NCBI GenBank assembly: GCA_033720355.1
Contig: JAWWCR010000004.1
Coordinates: 1 to 53,891 of the forward strand
From: Gemmatimonadota bacterium
GTDB taxonomy: Bacteria > Gemmatimonadota > Gemmatimonadetes > Palauibacterales > Palauibacteraceae
Direction of reading: 5' to 3'
Length of the DNA stretch: 53,891 nucleotides
The notes beneath the pieces are model-generated. The model ran no database searches and was not told the DNA's origin. It worked only from the letters and a program-made list of their open reading frames with translations. The position numbers and the translations under genes are program-made. Each line of letters opens with the position of its first letter. The stretch's first letter is position 1. Shown in pieces: positions 24,885 to 32,866 of this stretch.

Positions 24885-26440
24885 GAACGGTCGTCTCCGG
24901 GGGCGTGGTCTCTCGCATGCCGCGCGGGGCGCGGTACGGGTTCGATCCAGCGATGTCCGTACGAGGCGAGCAGCGCATCCGCTTCGCGCGGGCCCGCGGA
25001 TCCCGCCGCGTAGGGGGCCGGTGGCTCGCCAGGGTCGAGCAGCGGTTCGAACAGCTCCCACGACGCCTCGGCCTCGTCCGCATGCACGAACAGCGTCTGG
25101 TCCCCCGTCAGCACGTCGAGGAGCAGCGTCTGGTACGCGTCGGGGATGCCCTCGAACGCCTCCGCGTAGAAGAAGTCGAGCGGCAGGCTCCGCAACTCGA
25201 AGGGCTCGCCGGGCACCTTCACATCGACGACGAGCGCGAAACCCTCGTCGGGCTGGAGTGTCAGGTACAGGACGTTCGAGCGAGGCTCGCGCGTCCGGAG
25301 CCGGTCGAAGAGTCTGACCGGGGGGTCCCGGAACCGGACCGCGATGATCGTTCGGCGCGCTTCGAGCCGCTTGCCGGTCCTCAGATAGAACGGTACGCCC
25401 TGCCATCGCCAGTTATCGACGTGAAGCCTCAGGGCGACGTAGGTCTCGGTGGTCGAGTCTGCCTGCACCCCTTCTTCGTCGAGATATCCGGCGACCGGCC
25501 CGCCGTCGATCATCCCCGCCTCGTACCGGCCGTAGACGACGTCGGCGCGGGTCGGCGGCGTGATCGAGTGAAGGAGCTTGATCTTCTCCTGGCGCACCGA
25601 GGCGGCATCGAACCGCGTGGGGACCTCCATGGCGACCAGGCTCAGGAGCTGGGCGACGTGGTTCTGGATCATGTCGCGCAGCGCGCCCGATCGGTCGTAA
25701 TAGCCCGCCCGATCGCCGATCCCGAGATGCTCGGCGACGGTGATCTGGACCTCCTCGATCCGGTCGCGGTGCCACAGCGACTCGAAGATCGCGTTGGCGA
25801 ACCGGAAGACGAGGAGGTTCTGGACGCTCGCCTTCCCGAGGTAGTGGTCGATCCGGTAGACCTCGGACTCGTCGAAGTGCGCGTGGATGGCCCGGTTGAG
25901 CGCGCGGGCGCTCTCGAGGTCGCGCCCGAACGGCTTTTCCACGACGAGCCGCGTCCACCCGGGTCCCGCGGCGAGCCCCGCCCCGGCCAGCCCCTCGACC
26001 GCGCCGGGGAACACCCGGGGGGGCAGCGCCAGATAGAAGACCCGATTCCCGGGGAGCCCGCACCGCTCCTCCACCTCGGCCACACGCTGCGCGAGAGCGG
26101 TGTAGTCGGCCGGGCCGCCGTCCGGCAGCGGCTGGTAGAAGAGGCGGGCGCGATCCAGCTCGGCGATCTCGTCGGCCGGCGCGCCGAAGTCGCGCAGGGC
26201 CCCGGCCGCCCACTGGCGGAACCCGTCATCATCCATCCCCCGATCGCGACCGACCGCGATGACCGCCCGGCGGTCGCCCAGACAGCCCAGCGCGCGTAGC
26301 CGACGCAGAGCGGGGATGAGCTTGCGGCGCGCGAGATCCCCCGTCCCGCCGAGCACGACGAAGAGGTGCGGTTCGACCTCGTACGCATCGAGATCGGCGC
26401 CCGCCGTGTTCCCCGGGGCGCCGGCGTCGTCACTCCCCAT
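24881..26440 (-). CDS. zwf: Glucose-6-phosphate 1-dehydrogenase
   Basis: GGTGDLARRKL, EKPFG, RIDHYLGK, DMIQNH, RWQGVPFYLRTGK. Confidence 0.96.
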   Translation of the reverse strand: MGSDDAGAPGNTAGADLDAYEVEPHLFVVLGGTGDLARRKLIPALRRLRALGCLGDRRAVIAVGRDRGMDDDGFRQWAAGALRDFGAPADEIAELDRARLFYQPLPDGGPADYTALAQRVAEVEERCGLPGNRVFYLALPPRVFPGAVEGLAGAGLAAGPGWTRLVVEKPFGRDLESARALNRAIHAHFDESEVYRIDHYLGKASVQNLLVFRFANAIFESLWHRDRIEEVQITVAEHLGIGDRAGYYDRSGALRDMIQNHVAQLLSLVAMEVPTRFDAASVRQEKIKLLHSITPPTRADVVYGRYEAGMIDGGPVAGYLDEEGVQADSTTETYVALRLHVDNWRWQGVPFYLRTGKRLEARRTIIAVRFRDPPVRLFDRLRTREPRSNVLYLTLQPDEGFALVVDVKVPGEPFELRSLPLDFFYAEAFEGIPDAYQTLLLDVLTGDQTLFVHADEAEASWELFEPLLDPGEPPAPYAAGSAGPREADALLASYGHRWIEPVPRPARHARDHAPGDDRS

Positions 26441-27341
26441 CGCGGACGACGGCGTGGCCCCCGAACTGGTTCCGCAGCGCCGCGAGAAGGCGATCCGCAT
26501 ACGATTCCTCGTCGCGCGATCGCAGACGTGCGAGAAGCGAGAGCGCGATGACCGGCGCCGGGACGTCCTGATCGATGGCCTCGAACACCGTCCACCGTCC
26601 CTCGCCCGAGTCCGAGACGTAGGGCGCGATGTCGGCGAGGGTCTGGTCGTCCGCGAGCGCCCGGGCGGCGAGGTCGAGCAGCCACGAGCGCACGACCGAC
26701 CCGTGTCTCCAGATCTCCGCCACCTGGTGCAGATCGAGACCGAACTCCTCCTTGTGGCGGAGGATCGCGAAACCCTCCGCGTACGCCTGCATGAGCCCGT
26801 ACTCGATCCCGTTGTGCACCATCTTCACGAAGTGACCCGAGCCGGTCGGTCCGACGTGTCCCCACCCGCGGTCGGGGGCGGGCGCGAGCGTCTCCAGTGC
26901 GCCGCGAACGTGGGCCACCGCGTCGTCGGCGCCTCCGACCATGAGCGAGTACCCCTCGGCGAGGCCCCAGACTCCGCCGCTCGTTCCGCAGTCGACGTAC
27001 TCGAGCCCGCGTTCCGAGAGCCGGGTCCCGCGGCGAAGCGTCTCTCGGTAGTTCGAATTGCCTCCGTCGACGACGACGTCGCCGGGCGAGAGCAGGGGAG
27101 CGATCGTCGCGATCGTCGCGTCGACGGGTTCGCCGGCCGGGACCATGAGCCAGATCACTCGCCGTGGTGCGAGACGGGCGACGACGTCCTCGAGCGAGGA
27201 GGCGGCCTCCGCCCCGACCTCGACCGCCGCCTCGACGGCGTCGTCGCGGAGGTCGAACGCCACGACATCGTGTCCGCCCCGGATCAATCGCTCGGTCATG
27301 TTCGCGCCCATCTTGCCGAGTCCGATCATCGCCAGCTTCAT
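26430..27341 (-). CDS. gnd: 6-phosphogluconate dehydrogenase (decarboxylating, short YqeC type)
   Basis: GLGKMG, DGGNS, GTSGG, GHFVKMVHNGIEYG, DSGEGRW, LRNQFGGH. Confidence 0.96.
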   Translation of the reverse strand: MKLAMIGLGKMGANMTERLIRGGHDVVAFDLRDDAVEAAVEVGAEAASSLEDVVARLAPRRVIWLMVPAGEPVDATIATIAPLLSPGDVVVDGGNSNYRETLRRGTRLSERGLEYVDCGTSGGVWGLAEGYSLMVGGADDAVAHVRGALETLAPAPDRGWGHVGPTGSGHFVKMVHNGIEYGLMQAYAEGFAILRHKEEFGLDLHQVAEIWRHGSVVRSWLLDLAARALADDQTLADIAPYVSDSGEGRWTVFEAIDQDVPAPVIALSLLARLRSRDEESYADRLLAALRNQFGGHAVVRDGE

Positions 27342-27393
27342 GTGCGCTCCATCGTGGGGAGGCGGTGCCGGACAACCGGCGCCCGCGAACAGA

Positions 27394-29163
27394 TCAGCTC
27401 ACGTGCTCGACCAGCCGGATCAGCCGTCGGATCCCCTCCACGGCCGGGCTCACGCGTACTCGAAGGACGCGGCGTTCGAGCGACTCGAGGGCCTCGACGT
27501 CGCCGCGCGCCTGCGCCCGGATGAGTTGATGGAAGGTGTAATCCGTACCGGGCACGGGAGCATGCACGCCCGCGTCGTCGACGAGCTGGAGAAAGACCCC
27601 GCCGGGGGGACCACCCTTGTGTAGCTGGCCCGTCGAGTGGAGGAACCGGGGACCGTAACCCAGGGTCGTCGCGACGCCGGTCGCCTCGGACAGGGCGCCG
27701 CGAAGATCCGCCAGCGCCTCGAGCTCCTCGGAGTCGCCACCCGGGAGGTACGCATGGATCGCGATGTAGTCGCCCGGAGAGACGAGAGCGAGGAAGTCGC
27801 CCACGACCGTGGTCAGGGTGTCCGGGTCGGGGGCGCCGGTACCCGAGCCCGCGTGCCCGTAGTACGGCACGTCCCACGCGAGATCGAGCTCGCCCCCGTC
27901 CGTTTCGTCCCGGTCCGCGCCGGTCGGGTCCGGATTCGGCGCCTCCGTCGGGTCGACGTCCACCTCGGGTGCGGGCCGGGTCATGGCCTGCTTCGCCAGC
28001 CGCTTGGCCAGCTCCACGTCGGGCTGGTCGAACGGGTTCACGTCCATGGCCGCCCCGACCATCGCGATGGCGATCTCCCACACGAAGAAGAGCCCGAGCA
28101 GGTCGTCGAGCGCGTCGACCTCGACGCGGACCACCGGGTGACCGGCGCCCTCCAGGGCATCGAGCCGCCGAAGCGAATCGTCCACCTCGCCCCACTGCTC
28201 GGCCTCCGCGACCGACTCGGGCGGGGCGACGACGCCTACGAACAGGCGGTCGTCACCGTATTCGGACGGCTCGCGCTCGGGCTCGTGAGCGATCGGGACG
28301 ATCCCGCGGCCCTCCTTGCCGGTGCTCTCCGCGATCAGCTGCTCCAGCCAGTCCGGCAGCGCTTCGAAGGGGTTGCTGGTGACGAACGTCGCCTTGTCAC
28401 GACCGCCGAGCGTCGCCTCGGCGAGCGCGGCCGCGAGGCGGAACGCGGGGTTGTCGCGCGGCGTATCCCGACAGGCGTCGGCGATCTCGAGTGCCGACTC
28501 GACGAGCGGCGACAGCTCGACGCCCATCAGGACGGCCGGAACCAGCCCGAAGGGGCTGAGCGCCGAGAACCGACCCCCGACGTCGGGCGGCGCCTCCACG
28601 ACGGCGAGGAAGTCGCGCTGCTCGCCGAGTGTCGCGAGCGGCGTGTCGGGGTCGGTGATCGCGATGAAGTGGTCGCCCGGCGACTCCGAGATCTCCCGGA
28701 CCCTCGACCAGAAGTGCTGGAACAGCGACAGGGTCTCGACCGTCGTCCCCGACTTGCTGGCGACGACGAAGAGCGTGTTGGCGGGACGGATCCACTCCAT
28801 GTCCCGGATCGTCTGCGGGTGGGTCGTGTCGACGACGGTGAGGGGAAGACCCGCGCCCCCGATGGCTTTCGCCACCACCTCGGGGGCGAGGCTCGACCCG
28901 CCCATCCCGAGCAGGACCAGGTCGGTCATCCATGGAGCGACCGCGCCAGCGAGGCTCGCCAGCGCCGGCAGGGCGGCTTCGGCCGCCTCCGGCAGTCCGA
29001 TCCAGCCGAGCCGGTCGGCCAGTTCGGGGGTCTCGGGATCCGGCGACCACAGCGAGGTGTCGCGGGCCCACAGACGGCTCACGGCATCGTCGCGCGTCCA
29101 CTCGTCGAGACGGTCCTCGACCCCCTTCTCGAGATCGCCGAACGCCAGACGGACGTCGATCAT
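27394..29163 (-). CDS. pgi: Glucose-6-phosphate isomerase (type resembling the PGI half of Tal-Pgi fusions)
   Basis: GMGGSSL, SKSGTTVET, VGGRFSALS, EQLIAESTGK, NPFDQPDVE, GPRFLHSTGQLHKGG; ATG 29163 after GAGG. Confidence 0.9.
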   Translation of the reverse strand: MIDVRLAFGDLEKGVEDRLDEWTRDDAVSRLWARDTSLWSPDPETPELADRLGWIGLPEAAEAALPALASLAGAVAPWMTDLVLLGMGGSSLAPEVVAKAIGGAGLPLTVVDTTHPQTIRDMEWIRPANTLFVVASKSGTTVETLSLFQHFWSRVREISESPGDHFIAITDPDTPLATLGEQRDFLAVVEAPPDVGGRFSALSPFGLVPAVLMGVELSPLVESALEIADACRDTPRDNPAFRLAAALAEATLGGRDKATFVTSNPFEALPDWLEQLIAESTGKEGRGIVPIAHEPEREPSEYGDDRLFVGVVAPPESVAEAEQWGEVDDSLRRLDALEGAGHPVVRVEVDALDDLLGLFFVWEIAIAMVGAAMDVNPFDQPDVELAKRLAKQAMTRPAPEVDVDPTEAPNPDPTGADRDETDGGELDLAWDVPYYGHAGSGTGAPDPDTLTTVVGDFLALVSPGDYIAIHAYLPGGDSEELEALADLRGALSEATGVATTLGYGPRFLHSTGQLHKGGPPGGVFLQLVDDAGVHAPVPGTDYTFHQLIRAQARGDVEALESLERRVLRVRVSPAVEGIRRLIRLVEHVS

Positions 29164-29170
29164 CGAAGCC

Positions 29171-29222
29171 TCATATAATGGCGCAGATAGTATCTCATAA
29201 TCATTTGTAAAATAGTTAGTTA
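29171..29222. promoter_or_regulatory. AT-rich intergenic element, probable pgi-gnd-zwf promoter or protein-binding site
   Basis: 14 G+C in the 50 nt 29171-29220 (28%) against a GC-rich background; minus-strand TTATGA-17-TATATG and TTTACA hexamers. Confidence 0.5.
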
Positions 29223-30887
29223 GAACAGACCGACCACGCTGCCGTCTTTCTCGATCTTCATGGCCTCGGCCGCGGGTGTGCGCGGCAGCCCCGGCATGGT
29301 CATCACCGTGCCCGCCCGCGCCACGACGAACCCGGCGCCGGCGGACGGCCGCACGTCCTGGACGGTGATCCGGAAGCCGGTCGGGCGCCCCACCCTCTTC
29401 GGATCGTCGCTCAGGCTGTTGGGCGTCTTGGCGATGCACACTGGCGTCCCGCCCAGCCCCACCGCTTCGAGCTGACCGATGTCCTTCTCGGCCTGTGTCG
29501 CGTAGTCCACCCCATCGGCGCCGTACACGTCGCGGGCGATCCGCTCGATCTTCTCCTTGATCGGCAGGTCGACGGGGTACTTCGGCTCATACCCGCCCGA
29601 ATCCGTGTCCAGGGCCTCGAGGACGGCGCGCGCGAGATCCTCGCACCCCTCGCCGCCCCGGGCGTGGCCCTCCGACCGGGCCCATGCGACGCCGAGGCTC
29701 TCGGCGTGCGCGGCGACGGCCGCGATCTCTTCCTCCGAATCGGTGCCGAAGACGTTGATCGCGACCACGGGCTCGACGCCGAACCCCCGGATGTTGTCGA
29801 CATGGGCCGTCATGTTGACCAGTCCGCCGCGCACGGCCCCCTCGTCGGGGGTCGCGAGGTCGGCGCGGTCCGCCCCGCCGTGCAGCTTGAGCGCCCTGAT
29901 CGTCGTCACGAGCACGGTCGCCTCGGGGTTCAGATCTCCGATACGGCACTTGATGTCGAAGAACTTCTCGGCGCCCAGATCCGAGCCGAAGCCCGCCTCG
30001 GTGATCACGACGTCGCCGAAAGCCAGCCCCGCCCGGGTCGCCATCAGGGAATTGCAGCCGTGCGCGATGTTCGCGAACGGGCCGCCGTGCACGAAAGCTG
30101 GCGTCCCCTCGAGGGTCTGCACGAGGTTCGGCGCGATCGCCTCTCGCAGCAGCAGGGTCTGGGCGCCCGCGACGCGCAGGTCGCGCGCGTAGACCGGGTC
30201 GCCGTCGTACGTGTAGCCGACGATGATGTTGCCGAGACGGGTCTCGAGGTCTTCGAGGCTCGCGGCCAGACAGAAGATGGCCATGATCTCCGAAGCGGCC
30301 GTGATCATGAACCCGTCCTCGCGCGGGACTCCGTTGATGCGGCCTCCCAGACCGATCACGACGTTGCGCAGTGCCCGGTCGTTCATGTCCACCGCGCGGC
30401 GCCAGGTGATCTGACGCGGGTCGATCCCGAGAGCGTTCCCCTGCTGGAGATGGTTGTCCAGGGCAGCCGACAACAGCGCGTGCGCCGATGTGATCGCGTG
30501 CAGGTCGCCGGTGAAGTGCAGGTTGATGTCGGCCATCGGGATCACCTGCGAGTACCCGCCCCCCGCCGCGCCGCCCTTGACCCCGAAGACGGGCCCCAGG
30601 CTCGGCTCGCGGATGCACAGGACGCTGTTCGCCCCGACCCTGCGGAGTCCGTCGGCGAGACCCACCGACACGGTCGTCTTCCCTTCGCCCGCCGCGGTCG
30701 GCGTCATGCCCGTCACGAGCACGAGCCTCCCCGATCCCGGCTCGCGCTCGAAGATCGACTCGGGCCGAACCTTCGCCTTGTAGTTGCCGTAGTGCTCGAG
30801 CTCGTCCTCGGCGAGCCCGATCTTCGCGGCGATCTCGGCGATGGGTCTCGGGGTTGCCGCTTCGGCGATCTGGACGTCGGTGAGCAT
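29220..30887 (-). CDS. fhs: Formate--tetrahydrofolate ligase
   Basis: PTAAGEGKTT, REPSLGP, KGGAAGGGYSQV, HGGPFANIAHG, TEAGFGSDLGAEKF, MPGLP. Confidence 0.97.
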   Translation of the reverse strand: MLTDVQIAEAATPRPIAEIAAKIGLAEDELEHYGNYKAKVRPESIFEREPGSGRLVLVTGMTPTAAGEGKTTVSVGLADGLRRVGANSVLCIREPSLGPVFGVKGGAAGGGYSQVIPMADINLHFTGDLHAITSAHALLSAALDNHLQQGNALGIDPRQITWRRAVDMNDRALRNVVIGLGGRINGVPREDGFMITAASEIMAIFCLAASLEDLETRLGNIIVGYTYDGDPVYARDLRVAGAQTLLLREAIAPNLVQTLEGTPAFVHGGPFANIAHGCNSLMATRAGLAFGDVVITEAGFGSDLGAEKFFDIKCRIGDLNPEATVLVTTIRALKLHGGADRADLATPDEGAVRGGLVNMTAHVDNIRGFGVEPVVAINVFGTDSEEEIAAVAAHAESLGVAWARSEGHARGGEGCEDLARAVLEALDTDSGGYEPKYPVDLPIKEKIERIARDVYGADGVDYATQAEKDIGQLEAVGLGGTPVCIAKTPNSLSDDPKRVGRPTGFRITVQDVRPSAGAGFVVARAGTVMTMPGLPRTPAAEAMKIEKDGSVVGLF

Positions 30888-31004
30888 GCGATCCGGTCCC
30901 TGTTCCTGGCTTCATGACCCCCGGCGCCGGGGGAGCGACTCTTTTTCGGAACGAGGACTCTATGGCGGGAGCGCTCGCGGCAAAACCCGTGAGGCCCGGG
31001 ACGA

Positions 31005-32702
31005 TCAGCCCGTGGCCGGTTCGGCGGTGCCGGAGGCGGGGCCGTCGCGCAGCGCGAGCCCGACGGCGAGCACCACGGCCGATCCGATCACGTTGTACCA
31101 GAGCCACGAGACGTCCGTGAGCGCGGAGACGGCCGCGACGGTAAGCATCCCGCCGATCAGGCCGTAGAAGGCGCCGCGTCCGTTGGCCCGCCGCACGAGA
31201 AAGGCGAGCAGGAAGACGCCGAGCAGCGATCCGTAGAACAGCGACCCGATCTGGTTGACGGCCTCGATCAGCGATCCGAGTCTGCCCGCGTACAGCGCAC
31301 CCCCGACGGCGAACACCCCCCAGGCCAGCGTCGTCACGCGGGAGACGCGGAGATAGTGCTCATCGTCCTCGTCCGGTCTGAAATACCGTCCGTAGAAGTC
31401 GATGACGGTCGCGCTCGAGAGAGCGGTGAGCGCCGAGTCGAGAGACGACATGGCCGCGGCGAAGATCACGGCGATGAGCAGACCGAGGATGCCGGCGGGG
31501 ACGTAGTTGATGAGGTAGGACGGAAAGACGTAGTTGACGTCGTTCGACGACGCGCCCCGTACGTCCGTGATGAGGTCCCGGGCCTCCGTCCGCAGCCCCG
31601 ACAACTCGGCGTCGTACGCGGCGATGCGGGCGCGGATCGGCTCGGCGTCGCGGGCGGTGTGTCTGGCGTCGAGCAGCTCGAGCGTGGCGGTCCGGCGCGC
31701 GTCGTGCGCCTCGGCGTGGCGCGCCTCGAGGGCGCCGAACTCCTCGCCCCGCTCGCTCGTCTGCACCTGCGCGACCTCCGCCGGGTTGAAAACGAGGGGC
31801 GGTCGCTCGAAGTGGTAGAAGACGTACAGCAGGACCCCGATCGAAAGGATGAACACCTGCATGGGGACCTTGAGAAACGCGTTGAAGATCAGGGACAGCC
31901 GGCTCTGCCGCATCGAGCGCGCCGTCAGGTAGCGCTGGACCTGCGTCTGGTCGGTCCCGAAGTAGGCGAGCGCGAGGAACAGCCCGCCGATGATCCCCGA
32001 CCAGATCGTGTAGGTGTTCGTCGGGTCGAGCGAGAAATCGATGCTGTTCCACATCTCGCTGATCCCGCCGATGAACGCCACGTCCGTGACCCCGACCTCG
32101 GCGGGAAGCGCGCCGAACAACGCGACGAGGGCGACCCCGATCCCGACGAACATCATCAGCATCTGGATTACGTCGGTCCAGATCACCGCCGTGATCCCGC
32201 CCATCATCGTGTAGGCGACGGTGATGATCCCCATGATCAGGATCGTGATCGTCTCGTCCCACCCCATGATCACCGACAGCACGATCGCGGGTGCGTAGAG
32301 GGCGAGTCCGGACGCGAGCCCCCGGGATACGAGAAAGAGGGCGCTCGTCAGGGCGCGCGTGCGACCGTCGAACCGCTGCTCGAGAAACTCGTACGCCGTG
32401 AAGACCTTCGAGCGGAAGAAGTACGGGACGAAGAGGATGCAGAGGATGACCATCGCGATCGGCAGGCCGAGATACACCTGCACGAACTCCATCCCGTCGT
32501 CGAACGCCTGACCCGTCGTGCCGATGTAGGTGATCGCGCTCGCCTGCGTGGCCATGACCGACAGGCCGATCGCGCCCCACCCCAGACGGCGGTTGGCGAG
32601 GAAGAACCCCTCGACACCGACGTTCTTCCTGCTCTGGTAGTAGGCGAACCCGATGACGCCGCTGAAGTAAACGGCGAAGACCGTCCAGTCGAGTCCCGTC
32701 AT
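31005..32702 (-). CDS. Sodium:solute symporter (SSS family)
   Basis: FFLANR, SVMATQASA, YEFLEQRF, GGITAVIWTD, DQTQVQRYL, AAMSSLDS; ATG 32702 overlaps the upstream stop. Confidence 0.93.
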   Translation of the reverse strand: MTGLDWTVFAVYFSGVIGFAYYQSRKNVGVEGFFLANRRLGWGAIGLSVMATQASAITYIGTTGQAFDDGMEFVQVYLGLPIAMVILCILFVPYFFRSKVFTAYEFLEQRFDGRTRALTSALFLVSRGLASGLALYAPAIVLSVIMGWDETITILIMGIITVAYTMMGGITAVIWTDVIQMLMMFVGIGVALVALFGALPAEVGVTDVAFIGGISEMWNSIDFSLDPTNTYTIWSGIIGGLFLALAYFGTDQTQVQRYLTARSMRQSRLSLIFNAFLKVPMQVFILSIGVLLYVFYHFERPPLVFNPAEVAQVQTSERGEEFGALEARHAEAHDARRTATLELLDARHTARDAEPIRARIAAYDAELSGLRTEARDLITDVRGASSNDVNYVFPSYLINYVPAGILGLLIAVIFAAAMSSLDSALTALSSATVIDFYGRYFRPDEDDEHYLRVSRVTTLAWGVFAVGGALYAGRLGSLIEAVNQIGSLFYGSLLGVFLLAFLVRRANGRGAFYGLIGGMLTVAAVSALTDVSWLWYNVIGSAVVLAVGLALRDGPASGTAEPATG

Positions 32703-32866
32703 CCGGAGCTGTGATCGAGGAGTCGGGACATCGCGTACAGCGCGACCGTGAGCGCCGCCGTGTAGATCAGGACGGTGATGTAGACGGCGCGCCACGTCGG
32801 GAAGATCCCGATCCGACCCCCGCCCTCGTCCTCATCCGCCGCGGCGACCCGCGGATCGTCGGTCAC
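32699..32866 (-). CDS. Small single-TM protein (55 aa), probable symporter accessory subunit
   Basis: GTG 32866 overlaps the PIG-L stop and its own stop overlaps the SSS start; FPTWRAVY followed by a TM helix. Confidence 0.75.
   Translation of the reverse strand: MTDDPRVAAADEDEGGGRIGIFPTWRAVYITVLIYTAALTVALYAMSRLLDHSSG

Noticed and set aside
29190-29217. Possible dif (XerCD) site
   Set aside because: One arm ends in CATAA, but no TTATGTTAAAT-like XerD arm follows the 6-nt spacer.
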